Assembly (NCBI RefSeq): GCF_047721705.1
Contig: NZ_JBDNXK010000004.1
Span: 2,463-66,462, forward strand
Reading direction: 5' to 3'
Length of the DNA stretch: 64,000 nt
DNA from: Acetobacter sp.
GTDB lineage: Bacteria > Pseudomonadota > Alphaproteobacteria > Acetobacterales > Acetobacteraceae
The notes beneath the pieces were generated by a model. That model was not told the origin of the DNA, made no database searches, and worked only from the letters and a program-made list of their open reading frames with translations. Shown here piece by piece: positions 1 through 8,879 of this stretch. Numbering within the stretch: position 1 is the first letter of the stretch; every line of letters starts with the position of its first letter. A program made the translations under genes and the position numbers.

Positions 1-1053
1 CCTTTCGTGCGCGGCACGCTTACAGGCATCATCGCGTTCGTCAGCTTCCTGGCACTGACGGAATCATGGGGCATCGACAGCGTTCATTTCTTCTTCACCA
101 ACAGCCTCGGCTCACGCCTTCTGGGGGCAGCGGTCACGCTTATCGTCGCCGTCGCCTTTGCCGCCGCGATCTGGGAATTCGTCAACGTTCTGCTCAACCG
201 CCAGCTTGAACAGTTCGACAAGAGCGGTCAGTCCACACGAGCGACGCGCCTCAAGACTGTTCTTCCCATCATCCGGACAGTGCTTCTGTTCATCATCATC
301 ATCATCGTGCTGGTCACGTCGCTGTCCCAGCTTGGCATCAACGTCGCGCCACTGCTGACCGGTGCGGGCATCATGGGTGCTGCCATCGCCTTCGGCTCGC
401 AGAGTCTGGTGAAAGACTTCATCACCGGATTCTTCATGCTGGTGGAAGATGCGATTCAGGTGGGTGACTGGGTAACCGCAGGTGGCGTGGCCGGCATTGT
501 GGAGAACATCTCCATCCGTACCGTGCGTGTCCGCGCCTTCGACGGTGACCTGCACATCATTCCCTTCTCGTCCGTTTCCTCCATCGCGAACACGGCGCGT
601 GGCTGGAACCAGATCATCATCAATCAGACCGTCGATCTGGGGGAAAACATTCCGCGTGTGGTCAAGATCATGGCCGATACGGTGAAGGAAATGCGCGAGG
701 AAGAGGCCTTCAAGACCATCATTTACTCCGACTACAACGATCTCGGTGTCAACAGCACGACGGAAAACGGCTCCATCATCATCGGCACAATCCGCACGGC
801 GGCAATGATGAAATGGAAGGTTCAGCGCGAATTCTACAAGCGCATCGCCAACCGGATGGCTGCTGCCGGTGTCAAATTTTACACGCCAACCTCCTATACC
901 GCTTCCGCACCGGGCACGGCGCTGAACATCACGGGTGCGATCAAGGCGCCAGCCGCAACCACGGCTGCAAACGAGGACACTCCTGCGCCTACCTCATCCG
1001 AAACCAAGAAACCCAAAGCCGACGAGCCCAAAGGCCACGATGATGAAACATGA
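1..1053 (+). CDS. Mechanosensitive ion channel, MscS family (5' end probably truncated by the window edge)
   Basis: The reading frame is open from nt 1. Hydrophobic helices are followed by an MscS-type pore/beta-domain signature: 'GSQSLVKDFITGFFMLVEDAIQVGDWV...GIVENISIRTVRVRAFDGDLHIIPFSSV'. The C-terminal tail is Pro/Ala/Lys-rich. Confidence 0.85.
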   Translation, partial: PFVRGTLTGIIAFVSFLALTESWGIDSVHFFFTNSLGSRLLGAAVTLIVAVAFAAAIWEFVNVLLNRQLEQFDKSGQSTRATRLKTVLPIIRTVLLFIIIIIVLVTSLSQLGINVAPLLTGAGIMGAAIAFGSQSLVKDFITGFFMLVEDAIQVGDWVTAGGVAGIVENISIRTVRVRAFDGDLHIIPFSSVSSIANTARGWNQIIINQTVDLGENIPRVVKIMADTVKEMREEEAFKTIIYSDYNDLGVNSTTENGSIIIGTIRTAAMMKWKVQREFYKRIANRMAAAGVKFYTPTSYTASAPGTALNITGAIKAPAATTAANEDTPAPTSSETKKPKADEPKGHDDET

Positions 1054-1789
1054 GGCGCCGCAGTCTCTTTCGAACGATCTGAACCGTATCGAAGCGGAGA
1101 CGCGGCAGACGTTCTTCGCGCACATCACGCCGGAGACGATGCAGGTGCTGCTCGATAATCTGGGCATGACCGACTGGCATGGCTTTGCCGAAAGCTGGGA
1201 ACGGCTCGGGATGGATCTTTACATGGCGGATGGCGGTCGTTACCGCCGCCGCCGCTATGCCAGCTTTGCGCTCTCGGACGACACCATCACCCGCAAAAAG
1301 CACCAGCCGCATTATCAAAGCCGCGATTACAACGCGCTCAATGGTGGTATCGAACGCTGGTTCGAGCCCATTGAGGACGCCATTGCCGATCATCCGGTCA
1401 TGCACGCGGTTCTCTCGCTCGTGCATCGACTGGCAGTCGATCTCACCAGCAACGACCAACGCCCTGACACATGGCATGCGGAGGTGCATCAATTCCGCAT
1501 CGAAGCACAACCCGGGAAACTGGGGCAGCCGACACCCGAAGGGCGTCACCGCGATGGTGTTGACTGGGTTCTGGTGCTGATGGTGCGTCGAGAAAACGTA
1601 AACAGCGGTGAGACCACCATTTACGATCTGCAAGGGCGCGAAATCGGAGGCTTCACCCTGTCAGCGCCGATGGACGCCGCTTTTGTCAACGACAATCAGG
1701 CCTATCACGGCGTGACGCCGATTCATCCCGTCGATAATAACAAGCCCGCATTCCGCGACGTTCTCGTCGTCACGCTGCGCCATCAGTGA
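1040..1789 (+). CDS. 2OG-Fe dioxygenase family protein (PF10014-like)
   Basis: There is an in-frame ATGATG at 1040, overlapping the MscS stop (1051-1053) by 14 nt. The stretch 'PEGRHRDGVDWVLVLMVRRENVNSGETTIY...AYHGVTPI' resembles the HxD...H region of this family. The first 35 codons of the 284-aa track ORF lie inside MscS and are discounted. Confidence 0.7.
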   Translation: MMKHEAPQSLSNDLNRIEAETRQTFFAHITPETMQVLLDNLGMTDWHGFAESWERLGMDLYMADGGRYRRRRYASFALSDDTITRKKHQPHYQSRDYNALNGGIERWFEPIEDAIADHPVMHAVLSLVHRLAVDLTSNDQRPDTWHAEVHQFRIEAQPGKLGQPTPEGRHRDGVDWVLVLMVRRENVNSGETTIYDLQGREIGGFTLSAPMDAAFVNDNQAYHGVTPIHPVDNNKPAFRDVLVVTLRHQ

Positions 1790-1811
1790 ACGCGTGAGGT
1801 AAGCGGCCCTT

Positions 1812-2135
1812 TCAGTAGGGCCAAGCCCCCGAATAATGCGCAGCGTGCCAACCGGTCGCCACAAGCAGACCGACAAAAAGCATGGCACCCACCAGTTGAG
1901 CCAGTTCCTTATAGGCGGCTCGGTCCATGTAATCGGATGAAGCAGGCGGCGCAGCGGCTGTCACAGTGCCGTCTGAAGACACAGCTGCAATCACGGGTGC
2001 TGGCGCGAGTGGTGTGGGAGGCGGAGGAGCCGCATTATGTTCTGAGGATGGCGCAACAGCAGCAGATGTTTCAGCATCGGGAGCATGTTGCTCGCTGTTA
2101 GAAGTGTGCGTCTGTTCGTTCATCTCGTTCTCCAC
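1812..2135 (-). CDS. Hypothetical small tail-anchored membrane protein (Pro/Ala-rich)
   Basis: 107-aa ORF with an acidic, Ser/Ala/Pro-rich N-terminal part ('AAPPPPTPLAPAPV') and one C-terminal hydrophobic helix ('LVGAMLFVGLLVATGW'). I recognise no family. A competing 82-aa ORF lies on the + strand. Confidence 0.45.
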   Translation of the reverse strand: MENEMNEQTHTSNSEQHAPDAETSAAVAPSSEHNAAPPPPTPLAPAPVIAAVSSDGTVTAAAPPASSDYMDRAAYKELAQLVGAMLFVGLLVATGWHAAHYSGAWPY

Positions 2136-2305
2136 ATTTCTGATTCTAACACGAACTTCGCGTTGCGGAGCCTTCTTTTTTGACTTCGTTTCTCACAAGA
2201 TAATTTTAACCTGAACTTTTAAAAACCAAGCCGATGTTAACACGGAAGTAATAGGAACCAGATCATTATGCAGGAGTATCCTCGCTAAACTGGACATTCC
2301 TGTTC

Positions 2306-4360
2306 TTGTTTTCAATTCAAACCCATTGCAATAAGCGCCGTTTCGCTTTTTTTACTGTTCCTGAGCCATTCAGGAAGGTTTCTCTTCTTCTGGCCTACAC
2401 TTTCATGGTGGGCAGTCATCACGCCTACGCTCAAAGCCTTGATTACAGTTCTTTTGAACAGATGTTCGGTGAACCGGTCACGACCTCCGCTACGGGAAAG
2501 CCACAGCGGGCCAGTGAACTGTCCACCGACACGCAGATCGTCACCGCAGAGCAGATCGAAAGCAGTGGCGCCCAGACCATTCCTGAAGTGCTGAGAATGG
2601 TCCCCGGACTGGATGTGCGACGCTACTCCCTGTTACAGGCCAATGTTTCCGTGCGCGGTAACGACGCTGCTGGCGGGGCGCGCACACTGGTGCTGATTGA
2701 TGGGCGGCAGGTTTATCTCGATGGTTATAACTACACGGACTGGGCCACGCTTCCTGTCTCGCTGAAAGATATCCGGCAGATCGAAGTAATCCGTGGACCG
2801 AACTCTGCCCTGTATGGCTTTAACGCTTCAGGTGGCGTCATCAATATCGTCACACGTGATCCGTTGCACGAAAACAAAAGCTATATTCATATTGGGGGCG
2901 GAAGCCTTGAAGGATTTGGCGGCGAATTCGTTGCCTCCCACAAATTTTCCGATGTTATCGCCGCAAAACTGTCAGTAAATGGTTATCGTTCCAACGAATA
3001 CGCAGCGCGCGGTCGTTACGACACCTACCAGCAGACAAGCACAATCAACGCCGCCCTCGAACTGAGAGGCCAAATTACGCCGCAGATCGAATGGAGCCTT
3101 ACCGGGACAATCGATCAGGCTCACGCGCCGTTCTGGCTGGATTTCGGCACCTATTTCCAGAACACCCCCCTCTCCAAAAGTCTGGAAGGCAAACTTTCCG
3201 CAGATACACGATGGGGACTGATTGAATTCAAAGCCTACCACAATGACTTTGAAAGTGGAGTGGACAAGAATATCACCGCTCTCGGCGAGGTTCTTCCCAT
3301 CGACTTCAACTACAACATGGGCATGACGAACGCCCAGTTGTCTGATACCATCACTCTGAACAGCAAGAACGATCTGAGGCTGGGTGTCGAATACCGCTAT
3401 ACAGACCTGACTGCGAAGCAGGAAAACATCCATCTACCTCCTGAAAACGAAACTCTGGGGGCTGGCTCGGCATCATGGGATTATCATATCCTTCCCAATC
3501 TGACGCTGACGAACGCCGTGCGACTGGATGCTCTCTATGTGCCTTCCTTCGCCTCAAACATACCGAACCTTCCCCGCTCGAAATCGCGGCATTTCGTTGA
3601 GCCAAGCTTCAACAGTCGTATCCGTTATGATGCGGGCAATGCTGGTGTATTCGGTCTGAATGTGGCGCGCGGCATTCAACTGCCCGGTCTGTTTGATTTT
3701 GCGCCCACAACTGTTTTCGGGCCTGTCTCGACGCTCAACAACGCCTTGATTGTACCTTCCACAACAATCAATGTGGGGCTGAATTATTCAAGACATATCG
3801 GTCCCATCGGGGCCAATCTTTACGTCGCTCTTTTCGCCCAGCGCACGAGCAACATGCTCGGCACGCCTTTTGCGTCCAACTATATGTTCATGCCTCCCGC
3901 TTCCGTTGCCATGTTCCCCCGGAATTATGGGCGTGTTGACGATGCCGGAGGAGAAATCCGTCTTGATGGAAAAACGGGGTTCGGACTGAACTGGGACATT
4001 GCCTACGCGATGGCGGCGGTTCGGGATAACAACCAGAGTTCACAGGTCAATTTTGAACGCCAGACCCCGGTCAATTCCGTGATTGGTGGCTTTGCTTACA
4101 AGCTCGGGCAGGTGGAACTCAGTTCACACGCCCGCTGGCAGTCACATTATCAGGATGCCGAAGCCAATTTCACAACGCTCACCATGACAAACGTGAAAAT
4201 CAAGGATTTCGTCACGTTGACAGCCCGCGTCGGCTGGCGTTTTCACAAACATTTCCTGCTGTCATTGACCGGTGAACAACTCGGCACATCTGCACTCAGG
4301 GAAACAGCAGGACTGCATGTGCAACGCCGTCTCATAGGAGGCTTTACAGCGTCCTTCTGA
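2306..4360 (+). CDS. TonB-dependent outer-membrane receptor
   Basis: Signal-like N-terminus ('LLLAYTFMVGSHHAYA/QS'). Plug-domain motifs are present ('IPEVLRMVPGLDV', 'LVLIDGRQVY', 'IEVIRGPNSALYGFNASGGVINIVTR'), followed by a long beta-barrel region and a terminal aromatic residue ('...GGFTASF'). The TTG start at 2306 is uncertain. Confidence 0.9.
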   Translation: MFSIQTHCNKRRFAFFTVPEPFRKVSLLLAYTFMVGSHHAYAQSLDYSSFEQMFGEPVTTSATGKPQRASELSTDTQIVTAEQIESSGAQTIPEVLRMVPGLDVRRYSLLQANVSVRGNDAAGGARTLVLIDGRQVYLDGYNYTDWATLPVSLKDIRQIEVIRGPNSALYGFNASGGVINIVTRDPLHENKSYIHIGGGSLEGFGGEFVASHKFSDVIAAKLSVNGYRSNEYAARGRYDTYQQTSTINAALELRGQITPQIEWSLTGTIDQAHAPFWLDFGTYFQNTPLSKSLEGKLSADTRWGLIEFKAYHNDFESGVDKNITALGEVLPIDFNYNMGMTNAQLSDTITLNSKNDLRLGVEYRYTDLTAKQENIHLPPENETLGAGSASWDYHILPNLTLTNAVRLDALYVPSFASNIPNLPRSKSRHFVEPSFNSRIRYDAGNAGVFGLNVARGIQLPGLFDFAPTTVFGPVSTLNNALIVPSTTINVGLNYSRHIGPIGANLYVALFAQRTSNMLGTPFASNYMFMPPASVAMFPRNYGRVDDAGGEIRLDGKTGFGLNWDIAYAMAAVRDNNQSSQVNFERQTPVNSVIGGFAYKLGQVELSSHARWQSHYQDAEANFTTLTMTNVKIKDFVTLTARVGWRFHKHFLLSLTGEQLGTSALRETAGLHVQRRLIGGFTASF

Positions 4361-4375
4361 AACCAGAGCGCTTTC

Positions 4376-4798
4376 TCAGTCATCCAGCCTTATCTTACGA
4401 TTCTTCTTGATTCCGGCCCTATGAGCCTTCCCGTCAAGCCGTCGCTGACGCGCGGCGCGGCCCGGACGGGTCGCCACACGGAAAGCGGGACGATGAGCCG
4501 CCTCCCGGATCAGTTCCTCAAGGCGTTCAATCACATCCTCACGGTTTCGGATCTGGCTGCGAAAGCGCCTTCCCGTAATGACAATCTCACCATCGCGCGT
4601 GGCGCGTGTCCCAGCCAGTTCAAGCATCCGGTGGCGCACCCGATCAGGCAATCCTGATGCAAGCCACACATTGAAGCGAAGCTGTGCGGCGGTCGCCACC
4701 TTATTGACGTTCTGTCCACCGGGACCAGACGCGAGAATGTAGGTAACTTCGATTTCGTCTTCTTCAAGCACCACACCGGGAAGAATCGCCCGCTTCAT
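4376..4798 (-). CDS. arfB: Alternative ribosome-rescue factor ArfB (peptidyl-tRNA hydrolase, GGQ family)
   Basis: 140 aa with 'GPGGQNVNKVATAAQLRF' and a basic C-terminal tail ('RLDGKAHRAGIKKNRKIRLDD'). The start overlaps the SulP stop by 4 nt. Confidence 0.9.
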   Translation of the reverse strand: MKRAILPGVVLEEDEIEVTYILASGPGGQNVNKVATAAQLRFNVWLASGLPDRVRHRMLELAGTRATRDGEIVITGRRFRSQIRNREDVIERLEELIREAAHRPAFRVATRPGRAARQRRLDGKAHRAGIKKNRKIRLDD

Positions 4799-6453
4799 GA
4801 GGAGGCAGCCATCGGATTGATCATCGCCCGTGCGGCGTCGACAGCGAGATGAAGTTGGGGAAACACATGGTCCTCGCCAATGGCCTCAAGAAGGTGATGC
4901 CTTACCATGTCACGATGAAGATCGGGACTAACGCGGCCAAGAAAGAGCGTGACATGCCGCTGATGCAACTTCTCCAGCAGATTGCGCAACATGACAGCGG
5001 CTGAATAATCCACATCCGTGATGGCGCCTGCGTCAACAACAACGCATCTCACGGGGTGAGGCGCAGCTTCCACCAGACGTGTCACATCATCTAGGAACCA
5101 GGTGCAGTTCGCATAGAAAAGATCTGCGGCAAAACGATAGATGATCAGCCCTGGCGCGGTCTCAATTCCATTGCGACAGGGAACGGTCTCGAAAAGCCCG
5201 GATTGTACTGGCAGCAGAACACTCGTATGGGGTTCATAGCTATGGCGCACATGCCGGAGCAGAGAGAGGACCGTCGCAAGCAGAATACCCTGCTCCACCC
5301 CGATGGCCACGACGGTCGCCGCCGTGACGAGCGCAAGCCGGAACTCGCCGGGACTTTCGCTTTTAATAGCGAGCAATCCCCGCACATTGATCATGTTCAA
5401 CCCGGTGACAAACACGACGCTGGCCAGAACACATTGCGGCAGATAACGCAGCGGCCCGGTCGCGCAGAGAAGAATGACGGCTACGACGGCCGCGATGGCA
5501 ATCTGCGATTTCTGGCTACGTGCACCCAGTCGCGTGAGAACAGCCGTCTGGGAAGGACTGCCGTTGACGACAAACGACCCGGTGAGACTGGAAGCAAGAT
5601 TGGCCGCCGACAGTCCCAGAATGTCGGCATTCTCATCAACCTGTTCGTTAAAGAGATCGGCAAAGGCACGCGACGTTGCCGCACTTTGGGCGATGATGAC
5701 GAACACGCACGAACCGGCAATGGGCAGAACGTGTTGCAGATCCTCAAACGCAGGCAGCGACAGGACCAGACGCGGCAGGCCGCTACTGACCGGCTGTAAC
5801 GTGACGATCCCAATCGAGGAAAAACCGAAGGCCGCACTAAGAGCGATACTGCCCACCAGAGCGATCAGCGGCACGGGGCACTTGGGCGCGAAACGGCTGC
5901 CAAGCGCTATACTCCCTACGACCGCAGCAGAAAGTATCAGTGTCGGCACGTTGAGCGTGCGAAGATGGGTTAGATCGCGCCACAGCTGAACGACGGGATT
6001 GGGGTCATGTCCGCTCATCCCGATCATGTCGTGCAGCATGGAGAGGGCAATCTGCATACCCACGCCAGCAAGAAAGCCGACGAGCACAGTGCGGGAAAGA
6101 AAGTCGGCCAGAAATCCCAGCCGGAACAGACGGGCGACAAGCAGCAGGAGGGCCGTCAGAAAAGCGACAACCGGCACAAGCGCCATATAATGCACGCTGC
6201 CCGGCTCGGCGATGGCCCCCAAGCCACCAGCCAGAATGGCAGCCGTAGCAGAGTCGGCCGCCACCACCAGATGGCGCGAGGACCCAAAAGCGGCAAAGGC
6301 AAGCGGCGGCAGCAGAAGCGTGTAGAGGCCGATAACGGGCGCGACACCCGCAATGCGCGCGTAACCCATCACCTGCGGAACGCTCAGGGCCGCACCGGAC
6401 AGGCCAGCGAAATAGTCCTGCCAGCGGCTTCGTGGGGTCGTCGTGTTACTCAT
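4795..6453 (-). CDS. SulP family inorganic anion (sulfate) permease with C-terminal STAS domain
   Basis: Start set at ATG 6453 ('MSNTTTPRSRWQDYFAGLSGAALSVPQVMGYARIAG...'). About 11 hydrophobic segments are followed by a STAS-like tail ('VVVDAGAITDVDYSAAVMLRNLLEKLHQRHVTLFLGRV'). The 754-aa track ORF extends spuriously upstream, antisense into cysS. Confidence 0.85.
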   Translation of the reverse strand: MSNTTTPRSRWQDYFAGLSGAALSVPQVMGYARIAGVAPVIGLYTLLLPPLAFAAFGSSRHLVVAADSATAAILAGGLGAIAEPGSVHYMALVPVVAFLTALLLLVARLFRLGFLADFLSRTVLVGFLAGVGMQIALSMLHDMIGMSGHDPNPVVQLWRDLTHLRTLNVPTLILSAAVVGSIALGSRFAPKCPVPLIALVGSIALSAAFGFSSIGIVTLQPVSSGLPRLVLSLPAFEDLQHVLPIAGSCVFVIIAQSAATSRAFADLFNEQVDENADILGLSAANLASSLTGSFVVNGSPSQTAVLTRLGARSQKSQIAIAAVVAVILLCATGPLRYLPQCVLASVVFVTGLNMINVRGLLAIKSESPGEFRLALVTAATVVAIGVEQGILLATVLSLLRHVRHSYEPHTSVLLPVQSGLFETVPCRNGIETAPGLIIYRFAADLFYANCTWFLDDVTRLVEAAPHPVRCVVVDAGAITDVDYSAAVMLRNLLEKLHQRHVTLFLGRVSPDLHRDMVRHHLLEAIGEDHVFPQLHLAVDAARAMINPMAASS

Positions 6454-6633
6454 GCCATGTCTTTCCAACCGCATCCGTCCGCCGTCAACGGCCATACGGG
6501 CTGTGGCAGCCAAGCCTCCCGCCCAGCGACAGGCAAACATGACCTCCGATCGCTTCCGGTGTTGCGTTCCGTCGCGCGAAAAGGCATCCACGCGAGAGCT
6601 TGAAAACCACAGGACGACAGAGACCTTATCACG

Positions 6634-7995
6634 ATGACACAGCTTCTGCTCCACGACAGCCAGCGGCGCGCGACCGTTCCGTTCGAGCCGCTCGATCCGG
6701 AGCATGTGAAGGTCTATTACTGCGGCCCCACGGTTTATGACCTGCCGCACGTCGGCAATCTGCGGGCCATGCTGACAGCGGATATTCTCACCCGCCTGCT
6801 GCGCAGGCTCTATCCGCGTGTGACGTTCGTGCGCAACATCACCGATGTGGATGACAAGATCACCGCACGGGCTGCGCAGAACAACGAGGACATCGCCTCC
6901 CTCACCGCCCGCACGACCGCCGAGTTCCACGCCGATCTCAAGGCGATGAACATGCTGCCGCCGGACATCGAGCCGCGCGCCACGCACAACATCGAAGAGA
7001 TGGTGGCGATGATCGCCCGCCTGATCGAACTCGGTCATGCCTATGAAGCGGAAGGCCACGTGCTGTTTGCCGTCGCCTCTTTCCCCTCCTATGGGGCACT
7101 GTCCGGCCGCGATCCGGAAGATCTGATCGCAGGCGCTCGTGTCGAGGTCGCTCCCTACAAACGTGATCCGGGCGATTTCGTGCTATGGAAACCCTCCACG
7201 CCGACACAGCCCGGTTGGCCTTCTCCGTGGGGACGCGGCCGTCCCGGCTGGCACATCGAATGCTCGGCCATGTCGCACCGCTATCTCGGCGACAGTTTCG
7301 ACATTCACGGCGGCGGCAGCGATCTGCTCTTTCCGCACCATGAAAACGAACGCGCCCAGAGCCTGTGCTGCTTCCCGCAGGGCAAGTTCGCCGACTACTG
7401 GGTGCACAACGCCATGCTGCTGGTCGATGGCGAGAAGATGTCCAAGTCACTGGGCAACTTCCTGACCATTCGCGACGTGCTGGCGAAAGGCCCGGTCGAA
7501 GCGCTGCGTCTTCTGCTTATGGGCGCACAGTATCGCTCGGTCCTGAACTTCACCTGGGCGGGTCTGGACGAGGCCAAGCGCACGCTGGACCGGTTTTATC
7601 GGGCGCTGGAAGGTGTATGGCCGCTGGATGTGGAGGGCCGCGACATTCCGGCTTCCTTCCTCGCCGCCCTGTGCGACGACCTGAATACCCCAAAAGCCAT
7701 TGCTGAACTGCATGCCTTGGCGACAGCGGCCATGGCTGGCGATCGAGACGCCGCCGCTGACCTGCTGGTTTCGGGTCGGATGATCGGCCTGTTCATGCAG
7801 GAACCCGCCGCATGGTTCCGGGGCGAGGCTGGTGACGGGCCATCTGAGGCAGAAATCGAGGCCCTGATCGCCGAGCGTCTGGCAGCCCGCAAGGCGAAGG
7901 ATTTCGCCCGTGCCGACGCCATCCGCAAGGAACTGACCGACAAGGGCGTGGTGCTTGAAGACGGTCCCGGCGGGACGACATGGAGGCGCGCATGA
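6634..7995 (+). CDS. cysS: Cysteine--tRNA ligase
   Basis: 'YYCGPTVYDLPHVGNLR' (HIGH-type motif), 'WHIECSAM', 'FPHHENE', and 'GEKMSKSLGNF' (KMSKS). Confidence 0.95.
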   Translation: MTQLLLHDSQRRATVPFEPLDPEHVKVYYCGPTVYDLPHVGNLRAMLTADILTRLLRRLYPRVTFVRNITDVDDKITARAAQNNEDIASLTARTTAEFHADLKAMNMLPPDIEPRATHNIEEMVAMIARLIELGHAYEAEGHVLFAVASFPSYGALSGRDPEDLIAGARVEVAPYKRDPGDFVLWKPSTPTQPGWPSPWGRGRPGWHIECSAMSHRYLGDSFDIHGGGSDLLFPHHENERAQSLCCFPQGKFADYWVHNAMLLVDGEKMSKSLGNFLTIRDVLAKGPVEALRLLLMGAQYRSVLNFTWAGLDEAKRTLDRFYRALEGVWPLDVEGRDIPASFLAALCDDLNTPKAIAELHALATAAMAGDRDAAADLLVSGRMIGLFMQEPAAWFRGEAGDGPSEAEIEALIAERLAARKAKDFARADAIRKELTDKGVVLEDGPGGTTWRRA

Positions 7996-8762
7996 CCGGG
8001 CGGGACGGCGGCGCCGACATCGGGCCGATCGGCAACAGTCCGGTTGTCATTCTTGTTCGCCCGCAGATGGCAGAAAATATCGGCACGACCGCACGCGCCA
8101 TGGCCAATGGCGGACTGTTCCATATGCGCATTGTCGCCCCACGTGACGGATGGCCGCAGGAACGGGCCAGACGCGCAGCCTCCGGCGCAGACCGAATTCT
8201 CGACGCAGCGGAAGTGTTCGAGACGGTCGATGACGCCATCGCCGATCTGCATCACGTCTATGCGACCTGCCCCCGCCCCCGCCATATCGTCAAACCGCTG
8301 CTGACGGCACGCGGTGGCGCGGTCGAAGTGCGGGAAGCGACCAACCGTGGCTTGAAGGTCGGGCTGATGTTCGGCCCCGAGCGTGCGGGTCTCGACAATG
8401 AGGACATGGCACGGGCTGACGCCCTGATTCGCTACCCACTGAACCCAGCGTTCATGTCGCTGAATCTGGCGCAGGCCGTGATGATCATGGCTTATGAGTG
8501 GTGGCTGACAGAGGACAGCACGCTGCCTCGTGAACTGATGACCAATGAAACGCATGTCGCCACCAAAGGCGAACTTGAGAACTTCATGCGGCATCTTTTC
8601 CGCGAACTGGATGAATGCGGCTTTCTGCGCAATGAGCAGAAGCGTCCCGGCATGGTGCGTAATCTTCGCCATTTTTTCACACGCGGTGAAGTGACGGAAC
8701 AGGAACTCCGCACACTCCATGGTGTTGTCACGGAACTGGCCAACAAACGTCGCGAACGATAG
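7992..8762 (+). CDS. trmJ: SpoU/TrmH-class RNA 2'-O-methyltransferase (TrmJ-like)
   Basis: 'VVILVRPQMAENIGTTARAMANGG', 'GLMFGPERAGLDNED', and 'NPAFMSLNLAQAVMIMAYEW' (SPOUT knot region). ATG 7992 forms an ATGA overlap with the cysS stop. An alternative ATG lies at 7980. Confidence 0.8.
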   Translation: MTGRDGGADIGPIGNSPVVILVRPQMAENIGTTARAMANGGLFHMRIVAPRDGWPQERARRAASGADRILDAAEVFETVDDAIADLHHVYATCPRPRHIVKPLLTARGGAVEVREATNRGLKVGLMFGPERAGLDNEDMARADALIRYPLNPAFMSLNLAQAVMIMAYEWWLTEDSTLPRELMTNETHVATKGELENFMRHLFRELDECGFLRNEQKRPGMVRNLRHFFTRGEVTEQELRTLHGVVTELANKRRER

Positions 8763-8767
8763 ACCCT

Positions 8768-8792
8768 CATTGTTCAGCATACTGAACGATGA
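8768..8792 (+). terminator. Hairpin downstream of trmJ (possible terminator)
   Basis: 'TCATTGTTCAG-cata-CTGAACGATGA' forms an 11-bp stem with one mismatch, followed by 'TTCTTG'. The T-tract is weak. Confidence 0.35.
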
Positions 8793-8879
8793 TTCTTGAT
8801 ACTGGACAAGGCAGGAGAGAATCCAGCATTGTGAACAGTAGTGCTCAGATACAGAGCCAAGAACAAAGGGTGCAGTCCA

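Noticed and set aside
290-305. (ATC)5 trinucleotide repeat
   Set aside because: It encodes the Ile run 'IIIII' inside an MscS transmembrane helix. It is coding low complexity, not a regulatory microsatellite.
2136-2305. Possible Fur box or riboswitch upstream of the TonB-dependent receptor
   Set aside because: Only a partial 'GATAATTTT' match to a Fur box is present, with no dyad, and there is no cobalamin B12-box. The evidence is insufficient to call either.
6454-7059. N-terminal 200-codon extension of the 754-aa ORF (4795..7059, - strand)
   Set aside because: The extension runs antisense through the 5' part of cysS and has no transporter-like sequence. The SulP homology begins at 'MSNTTTPRSRWQDYF' (ATG 6453).
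7596-8780. 394-aa - strand ORF
   Set aside because: It is antisense to the 3' end of cysS and the whole of trmJ. Both sense genes have clear family signatures.
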